From assembly GCA_964016885.1 (NCBI GenBank), contig OZ024743.1, forward strand, positions 140,988,001-141,052,000: DNA of 64,000 nucleotides, in the 5' to 3' direction. Positions 55,901-64,000 of the stretch are shown in pieces. The stretch is from Eledone cirrhosa. Its lineage: Eukaryota. The position numbers were made by a program, and so were the translations under genes. The notes beneath the pieces are model-generated. The model searched no databases and was not told the DNA's origin. It saw nothing but the letters and a program-made list of their open reading frames with translations. Positions within the stretch are counted from its first letter, which is position 1. The number at the start of each line of letters is the position of its first letter.

Positions 55901-58900
55901 CACCAAACACCAAACAGCAAACGCCAAACATCAAACGCCAAACACCAAACGCCAAACAGCAAACGCCAAACACCAAACGCCAAACAGTAAGCACCAAGCA
56001 CCAAACACCAAACACCAAGCACCAAGCACCAAACACCAAACACCAAGCACCAAGCACCAAACACCAAACACCAAGCACCAAGCACTAAACACCAAACACC
56101 AAGCACCAAGCACGAAGCCCCAAACACCAAGCACCAAACACCAAGCACCAAACACCAAGCACCAAACACCAAGCACCAAACACCAAGCACCAAGCACCAA
56201 GCACCAAACACCAAGCACCAAGCACCAAACACCAACCAGCAAACACCAAACACCAAACACCAAACAGCAAACACCAAACACCAAACACCAAATAGCAAAC
56301 GCCAAAAAGCAAACGCCAAACCCCAAACGCCAAACAACAAACGCCAAGCACCAAACACCAAACACCAAGCGCCAAGCACCAAACACCAAACATCAAGCAC
56401 CAAGCACCAAACACCAAACACCAAGCACCAAGCACCAAAGAGCAAACACCAAGCCCCAAGCACCAAACACCCAACACCAAACACCAAACATCAAACACCA
56501 ATCACGAATCACCAAACAGCAAACAGCAAACACCAAACACCAAACACCAAACACCAAGCACCAAGCACCAAACACCAAACACCAAGCACCAAGCACCAAA
56601 GAGCAAACACCAAGCCCCAAGCACCAAACACCCAACACCAAACACCAAACATCAAACACCAATCACGAATCACCAAACAGCAAACAGCAAACACCAAACA
56701 CCAAACACCAAACACCAAGCACCAAGCACCAAACACCAAACACCAAGCACCAAGCACCAAGCACCAAACACCAAGCACCATGCACGAAGCACCAAGCACC
56801 AAATACCAAGCACCAAGCACCAAACACCAAACACCAAACACCAAACAGCAAACAGCAAACTCCAAACACCAAGCACCAAACACCAAGCACCAAACACCAA
56901 GCACCAGACACGAAGCACCAAGCACCAAATACCAAGCACCAAAAACCAAGCACCAAGCTCCAAGGACCAAACACCAAGCACCAAACACCAAACACCAAGC
57001 ACCAAGCATGAAACACCAAGCACCAAGCGCCAAACACCAAAAACCAAGCACCAAGCACCAAATACCAAGCACCAAGCACCAAGCACCAAGCACCAAACAC
57101 CAAACACCAAACACCAAACAGCAAACAGCAAACTCCAAACACCAAACACCAAACAGCAAACACCAAACACCAAACAGCAAACACCAAACAGCAAACAGCA
57201 AACACCAAACACCAACCAGAAAACACCAAGCACCAAACACCAAGCACCAAGCAACAAGCACCAATCACCAAGCACCAAGCACTAAACACCAAACACCAAG
57301 CACCAAGCACCATGGACCAAACACCAAGCATCAAGCACCAAGCACCAAACGCCAAGCACCAAGCACCAAACACCAAGCACCAAGCACCATGCACCAAACA
57401 CCAAGCACCAAAGACCAAGCACCAAATACCAAGCACCAAGCACCAAACACCAATCACCAAGCACCAAGCACCAAACACCAAGAACCCAGCACCAGTCACT
57501 AAACACCAAACACCAAGCACCAAGCACCAAGTACCAAACTCCAAACACCAAACACCAAGCACCAAGCACCAAATCGCAAGCACCAAACACCAAGCACCAA
57601 GCACCAAACACCAAACACCAAGCACCAAGCACCATGCACCAATCACCAAACACCAAGCACCAAGCACCAAAGACCAAACACTAAGCACCAAGCACCAAAC
57701 ACCAAACACCAAGCACCTAGCACCAAGCACCAAGCACCAAGCACCAAACACCAAGCACCAAGCACCAAGCCCCAAACACCAAGCACCAAACACCAAGCAC
57801 CAGACACGAAGCACCAAGCACCAAATACCAAGCACCAAAAACCAAGCACCAAGCTCCAAGGACCAAACACCAAGCACCAAACACCAAACACCAAGCACCA
57901 AGCATGAAACACCAAGCACCAAGCGCCAAACACCAAACACCAAGCACCAAGCACCAAATACCAAGCACCAAGCACCAAGCACCAAGCACCAAACACCAAA
58001 CACCAAACACCAAACACAAAACAGCAAACAGCAAACTCCAAACACCAAACACCAAACAGCAAACACCAAAAACCAAACAGCAAACACCAAACAGCAAACA
58101 CTAAACACCAACCAGCAAACACCAAACACCAAACACCAAACAGCAAACGCCAAACAGCAAACGCCAAACACCAAACGCCAAACAGTAAGCACCAAGCACC
58201 AAACACCAAACACCAAGCACCAAGCACCAAACACCAAACACCAAGCACCAAGCACCAAACACCAAACACCAAGCACCAAGCACTAAACACCAAACACCAA
58301 GCACCAAGCACCAAGCCCCAAACACCAAGCACCAAGCACCAAGCACCAAACACCAAGCACCAAGCACCAAACACGAACCAGCAAACACCAAACACCAAAC
58401 ACCAAACAGCAAACACAAAACACCAAACGCCAAAAAGCAAACGCCAAACCCCAAACGCCAAACAGCAAACGCCAGGCACCAAACACCAAACACCAAGCGC
58501 CAAGCACCAAACACCAAACACCAAGCACCAAGCACCAAACACCAAACACCAAGCACCTAGCACCAAAGAGCAAACACCAAGCCCCAAGCACCAAACACCC
58601 AACACCAAACACCAAACATCAAACACCAAACACGAATCACCAAACAGCAAACAGCAAACACCAAACACCAAACACCAAACACCAAGGACCAAGCACCAAA
58701 CACCAAACACCAAGCACCAAGCACCAAACACCAAATACCAAGCACCAAGCACCAAGCACCAAGCACCAAACACCAAGCACCAAGCACCAAGCACCAAACA
58801 CCAAGCACCAAACACCAAGCACCAGACACGAAGCACCAAGCACCAAATACCAAGCACCAAAAACCAAGCACCAAGCTCCAAGGACCAAACACCAAGCACC

Positions 58901-61360
58901 AAACACCAAACACCAAGCACCAAGCATGAAACACCAAGCACCAAGCGCCAAACACCAAACACCAAGCACCAAGCACAAAATACCAAGCACCAAGCACCAA
59001 GCACCAAGCACCAAACACCAAACACCAAACACCAAACAGCAAACAGCAAACTCCAAACACCAAACACCAAACAGCAAACACCAAACACCAAACAGCAAAC
59101 ACAAAACAGCAAACAGCAAACACCAAACACCAACCAGCAAACACCAAGCACCAAACACCAAGCACCAAGCAACAAGCACCAATCACCAAGCACCAAGCAC
59201 TAAAGACCAAACACCAAGCACCAAGCACCATGGACCAAACACCAAGCATCAAGCACCAAGCACCAAACGCCAAGCACCAAGCACCAAACACCAAGCACCA
59301 AGCACCATGCACCAAACACCAAGCAGCAAAGACCAAGCACCAAATACCAAGCACCAAGCACCAAACACCAATCACCAAGCACCAAGCACCAAACACCAAG
59401 AACCCAGCACCAATCACTAAACACCAAACACCAAGCACCAAGCACCAAGTACCAAACTCCAAACACCAAACACCAAGCACCAAGCACCAAATCGCAAGCA
59501 CCAAACACCAAGCACCAAGCACCAAACACCAAACACCAAGCACCAAGCACCATGCACCAATCACCAAACACCAAGCACCAAGCACCAAAGACCAAACACT
59601 AAGCACCAAGCACCAAACACCAAACACCAAGCACCTAGCACCAAGCACCAAGCACCAAGCACCAAACACCAAGCACCAAGCACCAAGCCCCAAACACCAA
59701 GCACCAAACACCAAGCACCAGACACGAAGCACCAAGCACCAAATACCAAGCACCAAAAACCAAGCACCAAGCTCCAAGGACCAAACACCAAGCACCAAAC
59801 ACCAAACACCAAGCACCAAGCCTGAAACACCAAGCACCAAGCGCCAAACACCAAACACCAAGCACCAAGCACCAAATACCATGCACCAAGCACCAAGCAC
59901 CAAGCACCAAACACCAAACACCAAACACCAAACACCAAACAGCAAACAGCAAACTCCAAACACCAAACACCAAACAGCAAACACCAAACACCAAACAGCA
60001 AACACCAAACAGCAAACACCAAACACCAACCAGCAAACACCAAACACCAAACACCAAACAGCAAACGCCAAACATCAAACGCCAAACACCAAACGCCAAA
60101 CAGCAAACGCCAAACACCAAACGCCAAACAGTAAGCACCAAGCACCAAACACCAAACACCAAGCACCAAGCACCAAACACCAAACACCAAGCACCAAGCA
60201 CCAAACACCAAACACCAAGCACCAAGCACTAAACACCAAACACCAAGCACCAAGCACGAAGCCCCAAACACCAAGCACCAAACACCAAGCACCAAACACC
60301 AAGCACCAAACACCAAGCACCAAACACCAAGCACCAAGCACCAAGCACCAAACACCAAGCACCAAGCACCAAACACCAACCAGCAAACACCAAACACCAA
60401 ACACCAAACAGCAAACACCAAACACCAAACACCAAATAGCAAACGCCAAAAAGCAAACGCCAAACCCCAAACGCCAAACAACAAACGCCAAGCACCAAAC
60501 ACCAAACACCAAGCGCCAAGCACCAAACACCAAACATCAAGCACCAAGCACCAAACACCAAACACCAAGCACCAAGCACCAAAGAGCAAACACCAAGCCC
60601 CAAGCACCAAACACCCAACACCAAACACCAAACATCAAACACCAATCACGAATCACCAAACAGCAAACAGCAAACACCAAACACCAAACACCAAACACCA
60701 AGCACCAAGCACCAAACACCAAACACCAAGCACCAAGCACCAAAGAGCAAACACCAAGCCCCAAGCACCAAACACCCAACACCAAACACCAAACATCAAA
60801 CACCAATCACGAATCACCAAACAGCAAACAGCAAACACCAAACACCAAACACCAAACACCAAGCACCAAGCACCAAACACCAAACACCAAGCACCAAGCA
60901 CCAAGCACCAAACACCAAGCACCATGCACGAAGCACCAAGCACCAAATACCAAGCACCAAGCACCAAACACCAAACACCAAACACCAAACAGCAAACAGC
61001 AAACTCCAAACACCAAGCACCAAACACCAAGCACCAAACACCAAGCACCAGACACGAAGCACCAAGCACCAAATACCAAGCACCAAAAACCAAGCACCAA
61101 GCTCCAAGGACCAAACACCAAGCACCAAACACCAAACACCAAGCACCAAGCATGAAACACCAAGCACCAAGCGCCAAACACCAAAAACCAAGCACCAAGC
61201 ACCAAATACCAAGCACCAAGCACCAAGCACCAAGCACCAAACACCAAACACCAAACACCAAACAGCAAACAGCAAACTCCAAACACCAAACACCAAACAG
61301 CAAACACCAAACACCAAACAGCAAACACCAAACAGCAAACAGCAAACACCAAACACCAAC
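52985..61360 (-). repeat. Tandem duplication, period 4144 bp (592 monomers), two nearly identical copies
   Basis: ORF pairs 53138/57282, 53168/57312, 53499/57643, 54413/58557, 55086/59230 and 56509/60653 are offset by exactly 4144. The 641-aa translations differ at one visible position (G at 55801 vs A at 59945). Confidence 0.95.
56360..56760 (-). repeat. Local 161-bp (23 monomer) tandem duplication, copied again at ~60500-60900
   Basis: AAAGAGCAAACACCAAGCCCC...CACCCAAC...CATC...ATCACGAATC occurs twice, 161 bp apart (56468/56629 and 60612/60773). Confidence 0.9.
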
Positions 61361-62769
61361 CAGCAAACACCAAGCACCAAACACCAAGCACCAAGCAACA
61401 AGCACCAATCACCAAGCACCAAGCACTAAACACCAAACCCCAAGCACCAAGCACCATGGACCAAACAACAAGCATCAAGCACCAAGCACCAAACGCCAAG
61501 CACCAAGCACCAAACACCAAGCACCAAGCACCATGCACCAAACACCAAGCACCAAAGACCAAGCACCAAATACCAAGCACCAAGCACCAAACACCAATCA
61601 CCAAGCACCAAGCACCAAACACCAAGAACCCAGCACCAATCACTAAACACCAAACACCAAGCACCAAGCACCAAATCCCAAGCACCAAACACCAAGCACC
61701 AAGCACCAAACACCAAACACCAAGCACCAAGCACCATGCACCAATCACCAAACACCAAGCACCAAGCACCAAGCACCAAAAACCAAGCACCAAGCTCCAA
61801 GGACCAAACACCAAGCACCAAACACCAAACACCAAGCACCAAGCATGAAACACCAAGCACCAAGCGCCAAACACCAAACACCAAGCACCAAGCATCAAAT
61901 ACCAAGCACCAAGCACCAAGCACCAAGCACCAAACACCAAACACCAAACACCAAACACCAAACAGCAAACAGCAAACTCCAAACACCAAACACCAAACAG
62001 CAAACACCAAACACCAAACAGCAAACACCAAACAGCAAACACCAAACACCAAACACCAACCAGCAAACACCAAACACCAAACACCAAACAGCAAAAGCCA
62101 AATATCAAACGCCAGACACCAAACGCCAAACAGCAAACGCCAAACACCAAACGCCAAACAGCAAGCACCAAGCACCAAACACCAAACACCAAGCACCAAG
62201 CACCAAACACCAAACACCAAGCACCAAGCACCAAACACCAAGCACCAAGCACTAAACACCAAACACCAAGCACCAAGCACCAAGCACCAAACACCAAGTA
62301 CCAAACACCAAGCACCAAACACCAAGCACCAAGCACCAAGCACCAAGCACCAAACACCAAGCACCAAGCACCAAACACCAACCAGCAAACACCAAACACC
62401 AAACACCAAACAGCAAACAGCAAACACCAAACACCAAATAGCAAACACCAAAAAGCAGACGCCAAGCCCCAAACGCCAAACAGCAAACGCCAAGCACCAA
62501 ACACCAAACACCAAGCGCCAAGCACCAAACACCAAACACCAAGCACCAAGCACCAAACACCAAACACCAAGCACCAAGCACCAAAGAGCAAACACCAAGC
62601 CCCAAGCACCAAACACCCAACACCAAACACCAAACATCAAACACCAATCACGAATCACCAAACAGCAAACAGCAAACACCAAACACCAAACACCAAACAC
62701 CAAGCACCAAGCACCAAACACCAAACACCAAGCACCAAGCACCAAACACCAAACACCAAGCACCAAGCA

Positions 62770-64000
62770 CTAAACACCAAACACCAAGCAGCAAGCACCA
62801 AGCACCAAACACCAAGCACCAAGCACCAGGCACCAAACACCAAGCACCAAGCACCAGACACCAAAAACCAAGCACCAAACAACAAGCACCAAACACCAAG
62901 CACCAAGCACCAAGCACCAGATACCAAGCACCAAGCACCAAGCACCAAACACCAAACACCAAGCACCAAGTACCACGCACCAAACACCAAACACCAAGCA
63001 CCAAACACCAAGCACCAAACACCAAGCACCAAGCACCAAAACACCAAAAACCAAGCACCAAGCACTAAACACCAAGCACCAAGCACCAAGCATCAAGCAC
63101 CAAGCACCAAGCACCAAGCACCAAACACCAAGCACCAAGCAGCAGGCACCAAGCACCAAACACCAAGCATCAAGCACCAAACAGCAAACATCAAGCACCA
63201 AACACCAAACACCAAGTACCAAGCACCAAACACCAAACACCAAGGACCAAACAGCAAACACCAAACAGCAAACAGCAAACACCAAACACCAACCAGCAAA
63301 CACCAAACACCAAACACCAAACCACAAACACCAAACAGCAAACACCAAACAGCAACGACCAAACACCAAACACCAAACAGCAAACGCCAAAAAGCAAACG
63401 CCAAACCCCAAACGCCAAACAGCAAATGCCAAACCCCAAATGCCAAACAGCAAACGCCAAGCACCAAACACCAAACACCTAGCACCAAGCACCAAACCCC
63501 AAACACCAAACACCAAGTACAAAACACCAACCACCAAGCACCAAACACCAAACAGCAAACGCCAAAAAGCAAATGCCAAACCCCATACGCCAAACAGGAA
63601 ATGCCAAACCCCAAACGCCAAACAGCAAACGCCAAGCACCAAACACCAAACACCAAGTGCCAAGCACCAAACACCAAACACCAAGCACCAAGCACCAAAC
63701 ACCAAACACCAAGCAGCAATCACCAAACACCAAGCACCAAGCGCCAAACACCAAACACCAAACTCCTAGCACCAAGCACCAAGCACCAAACACCAAGCAC
63801 CAAACACCAAGCACCAAGCACAAAGCACCAAGCACCAAACACCAATCACCAAGCCCCAAGCACCAAACACCAAACACCAAGCACCAAGCACCAAGCACCA
63901 AGCACCAGACACCAAACACCAAGCACGAAGCACCAAACACCAAAAACCAATCACCAAGCCCCAAGTACCAAACACCAAGCACCAAACACCAAACAGCAAA
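62770..64000 (-). repeat. More diverged satellite layer outside the right-arm HOR
   Basis: The HOR markers disappear and private variants are dense (CAGATACC, GTACCACGC, CAACGACC, AAATGCC, CCCATACGCC, AAACAGGAAATG, 8-bp AAAACACC at ~63038). Confidence 0.75.

Larger units (their letters stand above)
46458..62770 (-). repeat. Right-arm HOR family, ~1.9-2.0 kb unit built of two related ~0.85-1.1 kb subunits
   Basis: The marker CACCCAACACCAAACACCAAACATCAAACACC starts at 46458, 48341, 50322, 51680, 54452, 56468, 56629, 58596, 60612, 60773 and 62614. The subunit marker CAGACACG is at 46685, 47532, 48533, 49429, 50549 and onward. Confidence 0.9.
46458..64000 (-). repeat. Heptamer satellite array, right arm, inverted: (GCACCAA/ACACCAA)n on + = (TTGGTGY)n on -; runs off the right window edge
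   Basis: Continuous AAGCACC/AAACACC monomers, the reverse complement of the left-arm consensus. + frames give TKHQ[AT]P[SN] heptads and - frames give WCLV[LF]G[AV]. Confidence 0.99.

Noticed and set aside
46420-63769. KHQAPST/KHQTPNT heptad ORFs up to 641 aa (mucin-like or Pol II CTD-like repeats)
   Set aside because: These are the reverse-complement reading of the same satellite and are open in all frames because the strand lacks T. The heptad does not match YSPTSPS, and there are no non-repetitive termini.
1-64000. CRISPR array or repeat-spacer system
   Set aside because: There are no unique spacers: every segment is made of the same heptamer, and no cas or other genes are present.
1-64000. 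C/T string as an encoded message or programmed diversification cassette
   Set aside because: The C/T pattern is copied faithfully within duplications and is explained by ordinary satellite turnover. No associated enzyme gene or template is visible.
1-64000. Cyanobacterial STRR-type heptamer repeats or a bacterial contingency locus
   Set aside because: Those are short tracts in or between genes. A gene-free array of at least 64 kb with HORs fits eukaryotic satellite DNA far better.

Overview
The whole 64 kb window is one non-coding heptameric satellite array with consensus TTGGTG(C/T), whose complement is (A/G)CACCAA. I see no gene, RNA gene, transposon or CRISPR array. All listed ORFs are artefacts: the G/T strand has almost no A and the C/A strand almost no T, so neither consensus can form a stop codon. 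The array reads (TTGGTGY)n from 1 to about 46458, then switches abruptly, with no spacer, to (RCACCAA)n up to 64000, so the G/T-rich strands of both arms run 5'->3' into the junction. The arms are not mirror copies: they carry different diagnostic monomer variants and different higher-order repeats (HORs). The left arm has ~0.4 kb modules, 2334 bp, 4831/4810 bp and 8261/9323 bp duplications and frequent phase-shifting 6-bp monomers. The right arm has ~0.85-1.1 kb subunits, ~1.9-2.0 kb units and 161, 1358 and 4144 bp duplications, all exact multiples of 7. The most likely setting is eukaryotic (peri)centromeric, subtelomeric or interstitial heterochromatin, but the organism cannot be determined from this sequence. 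Repeat periods were derived by hand from offsets between matching ORFs and rare-variant markers, so boundaries are approximate.
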